This document shows positions 20,873 through 30,147 of a stretch of 64,000 nucleotides of DNA, in pieces. The notes under the pieces were generated by a model. That model was not told the origin of the DNA. It did not search any database and worked only from the letters and a program-made list of their open reading frames with translations. Positions within the stretch are counted from its first letter, which is position 1, and the number at the start of each line of letters is the position of its first letter. The stretch is taken from IMG/VR virus record IMGVR_UViG_3300035703_000006, positions 62,001 to 126,000 of that record. One strand, given 5' to 3'. The position numbers and the translations under genes were made by a program.

Positions 20873-20910
20873 CCCCTAATTTTCTAAATAAGAAAAGTTA
20901 GGGGTTTTTT
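20873..20910 (+). promoter_or_regulatory. Terminator-like hairpin with late promoter TAAATA in its loop
   Basis: CCCCTAATTTTCT pairs with AGAAAAGTTAGGGG (one bulge); TAAATA at 20885-20890; T6 follows; ATG at 20912. Confidence 0.7.
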
Positions 20911-20911
20911 A

Positions 20912-21679
20912 ATGTCCGCACAAGCAGCTGCAGCAGGAAAGAATTATGAAACTGCACTTAGAAATAAATTGAATGCAGTATTCAAAAATATTCCAAGGAC
21001 TGCTGGATATTCATCTGGTCCTGATATAACCATACCTTCAGTGAATAATCCTGGCCAATCTTTGTTGGTAGAAGCAAAAACAACAACAGGTGCTGATTTT
21101 GGACAAAAAGCAATAACATTTAATGGAAGTTCTTGGGTTCCATCAAGTAAAAGAGATGAAGTCGCAGATATATCTGCTTTATATAATTATCTTTTTAACA
21201 CTTATTCTATCGGGAGTTTAATAGCAGATGCCTGGGACCTTCCGAATAAAAATATAACTGCAGAAGATTTACAAGAAGCAATCAATGTAAAACAACTTTC
21301 TAAACTTTTATATTATGAAAAAATACTTAAGCAGGCAACGGGGAGGGCAAACCCATTTCCTACAAAAACATTAGTTCAGGGTCCAAAAATTTCCGATAGT
21401 ATCATTAATTATTATAATTCTAAAGGAATTTATTATATTCAAATTAGAAATAGTGGATTTTATGTTATGGGTGAAGACGTAAAAAATTTGAGAGGTCTTT
21501 TGGGAATAAACATACCTTCCTTTAATCCCACTACTGCTGAATTAGTTTTGAGAGGAAAATCAAGTTTATCCCAACGTACATATAGTCCAACTTTAACCTT
21601 TAAGTCTTCTGGTCTTCCAGCAAGTCAATATAGTTTAGATAATGGCACTTTAATTAATTTACTACATAGTAAATTATAA
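20912..21679 (+). CDS. PD-(D/E)XK restriction-like nuclease
   Basis: YE..L...GPDITIP...LVEAKT pattern. Confidence 0.6.
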   Translation: MSAQAAAAGKNYETALRNKLNAVFKNIPRTAGYSSGPDITIPSVNNPGQSLLVEAKTTTGADFGQKAITFNGSSWVPSSKRDEVADISALYNYLFNTYSIGSLIADAWDLPNKNITAEDLQEAINVKQLSKLLYYEKILKQATGRANPFPTKTLVQGPKISDSIINYYNSKGIYYIQIRNSGFYVMGEDVKNLRGLLGINIPSFNPTTAELVLRGKSSLSQRTYSPTLTFKSSGLPASQYSLDNGTLINLLHSKL

Positions 21680-21701
21680 ATACTTAAAAACTATAGTAGT
21701 A

Positions 21702-22901
21702 ATGAAGAGTTTTGCTCAATTTGTAAAAGAAGCAGTAGAAACCCTTGCATCTACCGAAGCAAAAAATCGTGGTCTTGTTGGAAACGGGCACGGAGACTGG
21801 TATGATAAGCAAGGAAATTTTGTTGCGAAAACGGTTAAGGGAAAATTAAAGTTTTTTGGTCAGGGTGATACAAAATCACAAGATGGAGTTCCTGGAGAAG
21901 AAGTAAAGCAACAAAGTCGTTCTGCACAAACACAAACACAACCAACTACGACAGAACAACCACCAGCAGAACAAACTGGTAATGGAATTGTGATGGTTTT
22001 GGGAAGATTCAATCCTCCATCTAAAAATCACCAACAATTATTAAAGGCTGGATTTAATAATGCAAAAAGAATGGGATATGAGTATAGAATATATCCAAGT
22101 AGAATACAGGATGGACAAGCAAATCCATTAAGTCCAAAGACAAAGATTTCTCTTATGAGGATGATGTTTAAGGAATATTCTGATTATATTGTTGATAGTG
22201 AAGAAACAAGAACTATTTTTGATGCATTAGTTTCAATTTATAATGATGGGTATACTGACGTTACTATTGTAGTTGGTCAAGATAGATTGGGTGAGTTTCA
22301 AAGTTTAGTTCATAAGGGTGAGGGACAAGATTATCAATTTAATAATATTCAAGTAATATCTGCTGGTGTTAAGGATCCTGATGGTGAAGTTGAAGACCCA
22401 GGATCTTCTGCAAAGATGAGAACAGCAGCAGCAATAGGAGATTACGCAACTTTTGCTCAGGGAATTCCTTCTGGAGTCAAGCAAGTAGATAAAGAAAAGA
22501 TATTTAATATGGTATCAAAATCTATGAATGTTACTGAGGACACTGAAGTTTGGAGAATTGTTCCAGAACTTGATTATGATGGAATGAGATGGAATTATAA
22601 AAATAATGGTCTTTTTGAAGTTGGTACATTTGTTGAGAGTTTGAGTAGTGGTCTTGTTGGGAAAGTATTCCGTAGAGGTTCTAATTATTTGATTTGTGTA
22701 ACAGAAGACGGAAAAATGTTTAAGAATTGGTTGAAGGATGTTCGTGAAGTTTATGAGGTTGGGACTTGTAAATACAGAAAACACGCACAAGAAATAACAC
22801 CAGAAGAACCTGTAGTTTCTTTTACTGATGTTGAAATTAAGGAAACTATGCCAAAGAAAAAGATAAATATCAATAGGAAAAATTTATCTACAAAAAGATG
22901 A
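21702..22901 (+). CDS. Cytidylyltransferase-like (HIGH-superfamily) protein, probable virion protein
   Basis: GRFNPPSKNH, IVVGQDR and SSAKMR motifs; late promoter TATAAATA just upstream. Confidence 0.8.
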   Translation: MKSFAQFVKEAVETLASTEAKNRGLVGNGHGDWYDKQGNFVAKTVKGKLKFFGQGDTKSQDGVPGEEVKQQSRSAQTQTQPTTTEQPPAEQTGNGIVMVLGRFNPPSKNHQQLLKAGFNNAKRMGYEYRIYPSRIQDGQANPLSPKTKISLMRMMFKEYSDYIVDSEETRTIFDALVSIYNDGYTDVTIVVGQDRLGEFQSLVHKGEGQDYQFNNIQVISAGVKDPDGEVEDPGSSAKMRTAAAIGDYATFAQGIPSGVKQVDKEKIFNMVSKSMNVTEDTEVWRIVPELDYDGMRWNYKNNGLFEVGTFVESLSSGLVGKVFRRGSNYLICVTEDGKMFKNWLKDVREVYEVGTCKYRKHAQEITPEEPVVSFTDVEIKETMPKKKININRKNLSTKR

Positions 22902-24478
22902 AGGATTGGACAGAGATTATTTCTGAAGCAAGAGATAGAAACAAAGAAAAGGAAGAAAGAAAGAGAAGACTTAAAATTGCTAAAACAGCAATGAAAGGCT
23001 CTGCTGCTCTGGGTAAGAGTAAAACTGGAAAAAAAGAAGATAAAAAAGATTCCAGATATTTGGATTATCTTGAACGTCGTCAGGCAACAAGAGAGCAAGA
23101 AATTGCAAAACAAAGAGAACAGGAGGAGATAAATAAAAAACAAAAATTAATAAGATCAAAAGAAAAAAATTTAGAAAAATCAAAAGAAAGAATTAAATCA
23201 GCACTTGGTGGGGTAAATACCGATACTATTGGTGCCGAGGAAGGTGGAGCAACTGCCACAATGAAGGCACTTGGCAATTTAGGTTCTCTTGCTGGTGGAT
23301 TGGCAAAAGCAGCAATTCATACTCCTGGATATCTTAAAGCAAAACGAGATCTCAAAACGGCAAAAGAAACTGAAGTTACTTCAAATCAACCAGAAAAAGC
23401 AAGAGAAAGAAAAAAACCAGGAAGACCAAAAAGACCTGGAACACCTTCATCTTCTCAACAATCTCAATCCCCATCATCAAATACAAATCAAAAGAAACTC
23501 GTACCTGCAACTAAAAGACTTGTTCCTGCAACTAAAAGACTTCCACCATCTGGTGGTGTTCCTGAAGGTTTACGAGGACCAAAGGCAATGACTTTAGGGC
23601 AAAGAGCAAGACAAAATCCAAAAATTAGAGCAGGTTTGATTTCGCAAAGAATGAATACTGAAGAGTTTTCAAATTGGAGACAAGAATTTACAGAAGAATT
23701 TTTATTTGAGATTGACGAATTAAAAAACGATAAAAATAAAAAGACCGATAAAAAGTCTAAAGTTGTTGATGTGATGAAAGGAACTAATTCAAAAATTGTT
23801 GAGATCAATCCAAACATTTCTGAAGACCATAAAGAAATTGCAAGTGGTCAGAAAAAAGATGATGAGGGATATATGGCAAATGTTGAATTGGATCAAATGG
23901 AAAGAGCAATCAAAGCACTTCGTAAAAAAATAAAAAAAGCGGATATGCAGATGCCTGCTTGGGTACAATCAAAAATTACAAGAGCCGCAGATTATATTGA
24001 TACTGCTTCTGAATATTTGCAAAGTGATGAAAGTGTTGATGAGTCCTATGAGAGTGAAACTTTTCGTCAACATTCAAGATCTGAATTAAATTTGCCAAGT
24101 AGTTCTTCTTCATCTACTACAAAGTCTTTTTTGAAAAGAATGAAAGAATTGAATATGAATCCAGGTAAACCAAAAAAGAAAAAGAAAAAGAAAGATATGA
24201 GTGAAGCAGTTGATAAAAATGCAATGAAGTGCAACAAACCAAAAGCACAAGCACACGGATCTGGTGAGACTGGAAAATCTCACATTGTAAAGGCTTGTGA
24301 AGGTGGAACTGAAAAAATTATTCGTTTTGGTCAACTTGGTGTAAAAGGTTCACCAAAAAAGGAAGGTGAGTCTAAAGCATATGCAAGTCGTCGTCATAGA
24401 TTTCAAACAAGACACGCAAAGAATATATCAAAAGGTAAAATGTCCGCTGCTTATTGGGCAAATAAAGTTAAGTGGTGA
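22898..24478 (+). CDS. Large multi-module basic protein, probable head-internal protein
   Basis: Low-complexity basic N-half; conserved EGYMANVEL...PAWVQSKITRAADYI module; C-terminal KSHIVKACEGG.EKIIRFGQ...F..RH...SAAYWANKVKW module. Confidence 0.7.
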   Translation: MKDWTEIISEARDRNKEKEERKRRLKIAKTAMKGSAALGKSKTGKKEDKKDSRYLDYLERRQATREQEIAKQREQEEINKKQKLIRSKEKNLEKSKERIKSALGGVNTDTIGAEEGGATATMKALGNLGSLAGGLAKAAIHTPGYLKAKRDLKTAKETEVTSNQPEKARERKKPGRPKRPGTPSSSQQSQSPSSNTNQKKLVPATKRLVPATKRLPPSGGVPEGLRGPKAMTLGQRARQNPKIRAGLISQRMNTEEFSNWRQEFTEEFLFEIDELKNDKNKKTDKKSKVVDVMKGTNSKIVEINPNISEDHKEIASGQKKDDEGYMANVELDQMERAIKALRKKIKKADMQMPAWVQSKITRAADYIDTASEYLQSDESVDESYESETFRQHSRSELNLPSSSSSSTTKSFLKRMKELNMNPGKPKKKKKKKDMSEAVDKNAMKCNKPKAQAHGSGETGKSHIVKACEGGTEKIIRFGQLGVKGSPKKEGESKAYASRRHRFQTRHAKNISKGKMSAAYWANKVKW

Positions 24479-24527
24479 TTAACGACTAGTTTCAGATAAA
24501 TAAATTTGAATCTAATATGGAGGGATT

Positions 24528-24701
24528 ATGGGAGCAGTAGTTGCGGTGGTAAAACCACTAATTCTTCAAATTGCTACACATCCAGCAGTTAAAAATCTTG
24601 TTCTTGATTTACTTAAAAAGTATGTTGATAGCACAGATAATAGTATTGACAATGCTGTCTATGAAATGGTTAAAGATCTTCTCTTTAAACCGCAGAAATG
24701 A
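24528..24701 (+). CDS. Small conserved hypothetical protein (57 aa)
   Basis: MGAVVAVVKPL...DSTDNSIDN; GGAGG Shine-Dalgarno; not in the track. Confidence 0.65.
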   Translation: MGAVVAVVKPLILQIATHPAVKNLVLDLLKKYVDSTDNSIDNAVYEMVKDLLFKPQK

Positions 24702-24862
24702 TTACTTGTTTTGTGACTAATTGGGGAGTGACCATTATTCTTGGATTGTTGTTAACTGCATCTGAGTGGTTAGCAAAAACAAAAAGATTTGAAGAAAATG
24801 GTTTGCTCGATTTATTTTCAAAATTTTTAAAAATTGTTTTACATAAAGAAGACAAAAAGTAA
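24698..24862 (+). CDS. Small membrane protein (54 aa)
   Basis: Hydrophobic WGVTIILGLLLTASEWL; ATGA-coupled. Confidence 0.55.
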   Translation: MITCFVTNWGVTIILGLLLTASEWLAKTKRFEENGLLDLFSKFLKIVLHKEDKK

Positions 24863-24915
24863 AGGTCTTCTTTTTTTATAAATATCAATATAAGAAAAAC
24901 TTACGGAAAAAAAAA

Positions 24916-25806
24916 ATGGCACTTTGGGGTAAGGCAGACGGCATTTTTTCACCAGGAACAATCAGTGTAGATTATGCCAATAAAACAATTACTGGTTCTG
25001 GTACTTCATTTAGAGCAGTAGGTGTTACAACTGGTGCAACAATCACCATTGGTGCTGGAGGTACTTTTGGAAATGCAGTAATTTCTGGTATTACTTCTGA
25101 GACCCAAATTTCAATTGCAACTACTCAATATTTGAGTGGTGCTGCTATTGCAGGAATTGCATATTCAATTTCACAAAAACCAGTTTATACTTTAGAGGAT
25201 TCGAACTTTGCTACAATAACTGGTGCTGGAAATTCATCATCAACAAACCGAGTTTATGGTGTTGATGAGTTTGAGCAAACTGCTGCTACTGAGTCTGGTT
25301 CTAAGTATGCTGCAGCACACGCAGGGTGGGTAGGAGTTCACACTTATATTGATTGCGATAATCAACTGAGAGTTAAAACAGAAGTTCTAGTTGCAATGTC
25401 TGGTATTAGTACCAGTGCTCTTCCAACATATTCAGCAACTGGTGATGCTGATGATGATTTAGTATATGCAGATAATTACATTACCATTAGTGTTCAACCA
25501 ACTGCTTTGGTTGGAGTTGCTACAACAGCAGCTCAATCATTCGCAGTTACTGCTGCAGCAAACGATTCTGCGGCACTTTCTTATCAGTGGCAGTTCTCAA
25601 CTGCTGCTGTTGGAGCAGCATTTACCAATGTTACAACTGGATTGCTTGGTGGTCTTATTTACACCAACCCAACTACAGCAACTCTTGGAATTGCAGCAAC
25701 AACTACAACTGCTAACAGACCTAATGGTTACTACTTCAGAGTTAATATTACCACTGCTGCTGGTGCTGCGAAGACATCCGATACAGCAAGACTCACTTAT
25801 GCATAA
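24916..25806 (+). CDS. Virion structural protein with C-terminal Ig-like domain
   Basis: MALWG start; Ala/Thr/Gly-rich; ISVQP...LSYQWQ...GYYFRV Ig pattern; TATAAATA upstream. Confidence 0.7.
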   Translation: MALWGKADGIFSPGTISVDYANKTITGSGTSFRAVGVTTGATITIGAGGTFGNAVISGITSETQISIATTQYLSGAAIAGIAYSISQKPVYTLEDSNFATITGAGNSSSTNRVYGVDEFEQTAATESGSKYAAAHAGWVGVHTYIDCDNQLRVKTEVLVAMSGISTSALPTYSATGDADDDLVYADNYITISVQPTALVGVATTAAQSFAVTAAANDSAALSYQWQFSTAAVGAAFTNVTTGLLGGLIYTNPTTATLGIAATTTTANRPNGYYFRVNITTAAGAAKTSDTARLTYA

Positions 25807-25813
25807 TTGATAT

Positions 25814-26185
25814 ATGAGATTTAATGAATTGAATGAAGATAATTATTTAATGTTTGCAATTAAGCATTATGATAATCCACAATCTTTGACTCAAGATGAT
25901 TTTTATGAAGATCTAAAAAGATTTAATTGGATTAATAGATTACTGAAAAAATATAAATCATCCGGAACATTAAATATTCATCTTTTAATTAATCACTTTA
26001 TAATTCTTTATAATGTATTTGGTGATGCTACAACACCTTTGTTATTTTATAAAGTTGATAGTCAATTTTGGAGTATTCTTAAAACTTTTATTGTTTATTT
26101 GGGAAGACTTCCAGAATATCCAAAAACTGATGTTCATAGCATACCAGTAGATATAGATTTTCTAAAGCAATTAAATGTAGTCTAA
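25814..26185 (+). CDS. Conserved T4-like hypothetical protein
   Basis: FAIKHYDNP...EDLKRF..I.RL...LINH.IILYNVFG. Confidence 0.8.
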   Translation: MRFNELNEDNYLMFAIKHYDNPQSLTQDDFYEDLKRFNWINRLLKKYKSSGTLNIHLLINHFIILYNVFGDATTPLLFYKVDSQFWSILKTFIVYLGRLPEYPKTDVHSIPVDIDFLKQLNVV

Positions 26186-26406
26186 TGGATAAAGTAGATA
26201 GATTAATTAAAATTATTCGGAATATTAAAGAGGAAATGGGATCTCCTGTGATTGCTAATTCTACAAACAATCCAAATGGACCAATTAATATCGCAGGGTT
26301 GCCACCAGACCAACCACCAGTTGATTTGAGAAGAGGAAAAAGAAGAAACTGGAATCCATTTTTTAAAGATCTTGCAAAAATGCAAAGAAGAAAACCATTG
26401 CGATAA
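26185..26406 (+). CDS. Hypothetical protein
   Basis: Coupled ORF; GLPPDQPPV motif. Confidence 0.6.
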   Translation: MDKVDRLIKIIRNIKEEMGSPVIANSTNNPNGPINIAGLPPDQPPVDLRRGKRRNWNPFFKDLAKMQRRKPLR

Positions 26407-26410
26407 AAAA

Positions 26411-26833
26411 ATGTTTCAATCATCATCTACCGAAACAAAGATAGCATTACTAGAAGAACGCATTAATGTTTACGAACAGATGATGGAAAGAATTGATACA
26501 GCAATTCAAAAAATTGGTGAGACGAGTCAAAATATTAGTCAAATGCTTGCTATTCATAATGAAAAGATTGAACAATGTAACCGAACTGATAATATTATTG
26601 TCACTATGATTGAAGATATTAAAAGATCTTCAAAAGAACAGCACGATCAGATAAGTAAAGAATTGGGAGAAAGGATAGATAAAGTAGAGGAAAAGGTAGA
26701 AGGTATATCAAAATTTAGATGGCAAGTATTGGGTGGATTGGCAGTTGTTGCCATTATTATTAGATTTGTTCCACCAGTTTTCTCTTTCTTGACACCACAA
26801 CAAGAACCAAGTAGAATAGAAAGAACGAAGTGA
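26411..26833 (+). CDS. Coiled-coil protein with C-terminal transmembrane helix
   Basis: KIALLEER coiled coil; WQVLGGLAVVAIII transmembrane segment. Confidence 0.7.
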   Translation: MFQSSSTETKIALLEERINVYEQMMERIDTAIQKIGETSQNISQMLAIHNEKIEQCNRTDNIIVTMIEDIKRSSKEQHDQISKELGERIDKVEEKVEGISKFRWQVLGGLAVVAIIIRFVPPVFSFLTPQQEPSRIERTK

Positions 26834-26845
26834 TATTCTATTACA

Positions 26846-27850
26846 ATGAGTTTAGTTGATTCCAAATATATTGGACTTGTATCTTCACGTCTTCAAAAAT
26901 TTAAACAAGTAAAGAATGGTCTTTATAATTTTAGATGTCCTTATTGTGGAGATTCTCAACGACACAAGAATAAAGCAAGGGGATATATCTACAAGTTAAA
27001 AAATGATCACAATTATAAATGTCATAATTGTGGTGTATCAAGAACATTTACAAATTTTTTAAAGGATTTGGATTCATCACTTTATGATCAATATGTGATG
27101 GAAAGATATAAAAGTGGAATTACTGGAAAAAATTCTAATACCCCAACTCCAAAATTTGAATTTGAAAAACCTATTTTTGAAAAAAAATACAAGATAGATC
27201 TGCCGACAATAGCAGAGCTAAATACTGAGCATCCAGCAAAGTTGTATTTACAAAATAGAAAAATTCCAGAAAAATTTTTAGAACAATTGTATTATTGTGA
27301 AAATTTTAAACAATGGACAAATGAACAAAAATACACCTTTAAAACTACTGATCAAGATGAACCAAGAATTATAATTCCTCTCATTAATAATGGAGAAGTA
27401 TTTGGTTTTCAGGGTCGTAGTTTAAAGAAAAATTCTAAAGTTAAATACATTACAATTATTTTAAATGATGCTCATCCAAAAATTTATGGACTTGATTCCG
27501 CAGATTGGGAAAAGACATTATATATTACAGAGGGTCCATTTGATAGTATGTTCATAAACAATTCTATTGCTATGGTCGGTGCTGATATTGATAAAATGTT
27601 TTTATTACACCATTTTGATGTAGATTTTGTGATGGTCTATGATAATGAAAAAAGGAATAAACAAATTGTAGAAAGAATGGAAAAGGCAATTGATCTTAAA
27701 TTGCCTATTGTAATTTGGCCATCAGAAATTAGGGAAAAGGATATTAATGAAATGGTATTAGCTGGACTTGATGTTAATCCTGTGTTAAAATCAAACACAT
27801 ATTCTGGTTTAGAAGCAAAAGCAAAACTTATTGGTTGGAAACGAGTATGA
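26846..27850 (+). CDS. gp61: DNA primase gp61
   Basis: RCPYCGDS...CHNCG zinc finger, FQGRS, TEGPFDS and DNE TOPRIM motifs. Confidence 0.96.
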   Translation: MSLVDSKYIGLVSSRLQKFKQVKNGLYNFRCPYCGDSQRHKNKARGYIYKLKNDHNYKCHNCGVSRTFTNFLKDLDSSLYDQYVMERYKSGITGKNSNTPTPKFEFEKPIFEKKYKIDLPTIAELNTEHPAKLYLQNRKIPEKFLEQLYYCENFKQWTNEQKYTFKTTDQDEPRIIIPLINNGEVFGFQGRSLKKNSKVKYITIILNDAHPKIYGLDSADWEKTLYITEGPFDSMFINNSIAMVGADIDKMFLLHHFDVDFVMVYDNEKRNKQIVERMEKAIDLKLPIVIWPSEIREKDINEMVLAGLDVNPVLKSNTYSGLEAKAKLIGWKRV

Positions 27851-30147
27851 GCAACGGACTAAAGGTTAAAAAAAGAAATGGTTCAATTGAATCTCTTGAT
27901 CTTGATAAAATGCATTTGATGGTGGAAGAATCTTGCAGAAATCTTGCAGGAGTTTCTGCGTCTCAAGTAGAAATGCAGTCTGGTATTCAGTTTTATGATG
28001 GAATTACCACAGCAGAAATTCAAGAAATTCTTATTCGTAGTGCTAGTGATCTTATTGATTTAGATCATCCAAACTATCAGTTTGTTGCAGCAAGATTGCT
28101 TTTATTTTCTTTGAGAAAGAGTCTTTATGGTGGAATTGATTACAATCCCCATCTTTATGAACATATTTTGACTTGTGTAAATAAAGAAATTTATGATGAG
28201 CAAATTTTAGTTAAATACTCTAAAGAAGATATTGACAGAGCAAATTCTTTTATTGATCACGAAAGAGATATGCTTTTTACTTATGCAGGTCTTAGACAAG
28301 TCATTGATAAATATTTGGTGCAGGACAGGAGTTCTGGAAAAGTATATGAAACTCCTCAGTTTATGTACATTATGATTGCTTTGACTATCTTTGCAGAGTA
28401 TCCAAAAGAGACTCGGTTGGAATATGTTCGTAGGTATTATAATGCAATTTCAAAACACAAAATCAACATTCCTACACCAATCATGGCAGGGGTTAGAACC
28501 CCACTTCGTCAATTTGCAAGTTGCGTTCTTGTTGATGTTGATGATACCCTTGACAGCATCTTCAGTTCTGATATGGCAATTGGTCGCTATGTTGCACAAA
28601 GAGCAGGAATTGGTATTAACGCAGGCAGAATCCGTGGCATCAACAGCAAAATCAGAGGTGGAGAAGTACAGCATACAGGCGTTGTACCATTTCTCAAGAA
28701 GTTTGAAGCAACTGTCCGATGCTGTACACAAAATGGCATTAGAGGTGGAAGTGCGACAGTGCACTTCCCAATCTGGCACCAAGAAATAGAGGATATTCTT
28801 GTATTAAAGAATAATAAAGGAACTGAAGATAATCGTGTTCGTAAGTTAGACTACAGTATCCAAATTTCTAAACTTTTCTATGAACGATTCATCCGCAACG
28901 AACAAATCTCACTCTTCTCTCCACACGACGTTCCTGGTCTGTATGATGCTTTTGGTACTGATGGATTTGATGAGTTATACAATGTTTATGAACGAGATGA
29001 GTCTATTCCAAGAAAAACTATTGGCGGTCAAGAACTCTTTTTGGAACTCTTAAAAGAAAGAGCAGAGACAGGTCGTATTTATATTATGAATATTGATCAT
29101 TGTAACTTTCATAGTTCTTTTAAAGATAAAGTTGAAATGAGCAATTTGTGTCAGGAAATTACACTTCCAACAATTCCACTTCAACATATTGATGACCCTA
29201 ACGGAGAAATTGCTCTTTGTATTCTTTCTGCTATTAATGTTGGTAAAGTAAAGTCTGATGAAGAATTTGAAGAACTTTGTGATCTTTCAGTAAGAGGTCT
29301 TGAAGAACTAATTGATTACCAAAATTATCCAGTAAAAGCAGCAGAAATTTCTACAAAGGCACGTCGTTCATTGGGTGTTGGGTTCATTGGGCTAGCACAT
29401 TATCTTGCAAAACTTGGATTTAGATATGATTCTCAAGAGGCATGGGATGCAGTTCATGGACTCTCAGAATCTTTTCAATACTATCTTTTAAAATCTTCTA
29501 ATCAAATTGCTAAAGAAAAAGGTTCTTGTGAATACTTTTCTAGAACAAAGTATTCTGATGGAATTTTACCCATTGATACATATAAAAGGGACGTAGATGA
29601 AATTACATCTGTAAAATATCAGCATGATTGGGAAAGTTTACGAACCGACATTCAGGCATATGGTCTACGACATTCAACATTGTCCGCACAGATGCCATCG
29701 GAGAGCAGTTCCGTTGTGTCAAATGCAACAAATGGAATTGAACCACCTAGAGGATTCTTGTCCATTAAAAAGAGCAAGAAAGGACCCCTTAAGCAAATTG
29801 TTCCCCAATACGGAACTCTTAAAAACAACTATACGTTGCTTTGGGATATGCCTAGCAATACTGGGTATATTAATATTGTTGCAGTTATGCAAAAATTCTT
29901 TGATCAAGCAATTTCTGGAAACTGGTCCTATAATCCAGAGAATTATGAAAACAATGAAGTTCCTGTGTCAGTAATGGCACAAGATCTTCTTAATACATAT
30001 AAGTATGGATGGAAAACTTCTTATTATCAAAATACTTATGATAATAAGACTGATGAAATTAAGGAACCATCACAAAATATCAATGATTTAATTGACGAAA
30101 TCTTAAGTTCAAAAGGAGAGGACGATTGTGACAGTTGTAAAATTTAG
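27847..30147 (+). CDS. nrdA: Class Ia ribonucleotide reductase alpha subunit
   Basis: ATP cone (VKKRNG), PTPIMAG, SCVL, SNLCQEI, MPSESSS and C-terminal CDSC; uninterrupted. Confidence 0.98.
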   Translation: MSNGLKVKKRNGSIESLDLDKMHLMVEESCRNLAGVSASQVEMQSGIQFYDGITTAEIQEILIRSASDLIDLDHPNYQFVAARLLLFSLRKSLYGGIDYNPHLYEHILTCVNKEIYDEQILVKYSKEDIDRANSFIDHERDMLFTYAGLRQVIDKYLVQDRSSGKVYETPQFMYIMIALTIFAEYPKETRLEYVRRYYNAISKHKINIPTPIMAGVRTPLRQFASCVLVDVDDTLDSIFSSDMAIGRYVAQRAGIGINAGRIRGINSKIRGGEVQHTGVVPFLKKFEATVRCCTQNGIRGGSATVHFPIWHQEIEDILVLKNNKGTEDNRVRKLDYSIQISKLFYERFIRNEQISLFSPHDVPGLYDAFGTDGFDELYNVYERDESIPRKTIGGQELFLELLKERAETGRIYIMNIDHCNFHSSFKDKVEMSNLCQEITLPTIPLQHIDDPNGEIALCILSAINVGKVKSDEEFEELCDLSVRGLEELIDYQNYPVKAAEISTKARRSLGVGFIGLAHYLAKLGFRYDSQEAWDAVHGLSESFQYYLLKSSNQIAKEKGSCEYFSRTKYSDGILPIDTYKRDVDEITSVKYQHDWESLRTDIQAYGLRHSTLSAQMPSESSSVVSNATNGIEPPRGFLSIKKSKKGPLKQIVPQYGTLKNNYTLLWDMPSNTGYINIVAVMQKFFDQAISGNWSYNPENYENNEVPVSVMAQDLLNTYKYGWKTSYYQNTYDNKTDEIKEPSQNINDLIDEILSSKGEDDCDSCKI

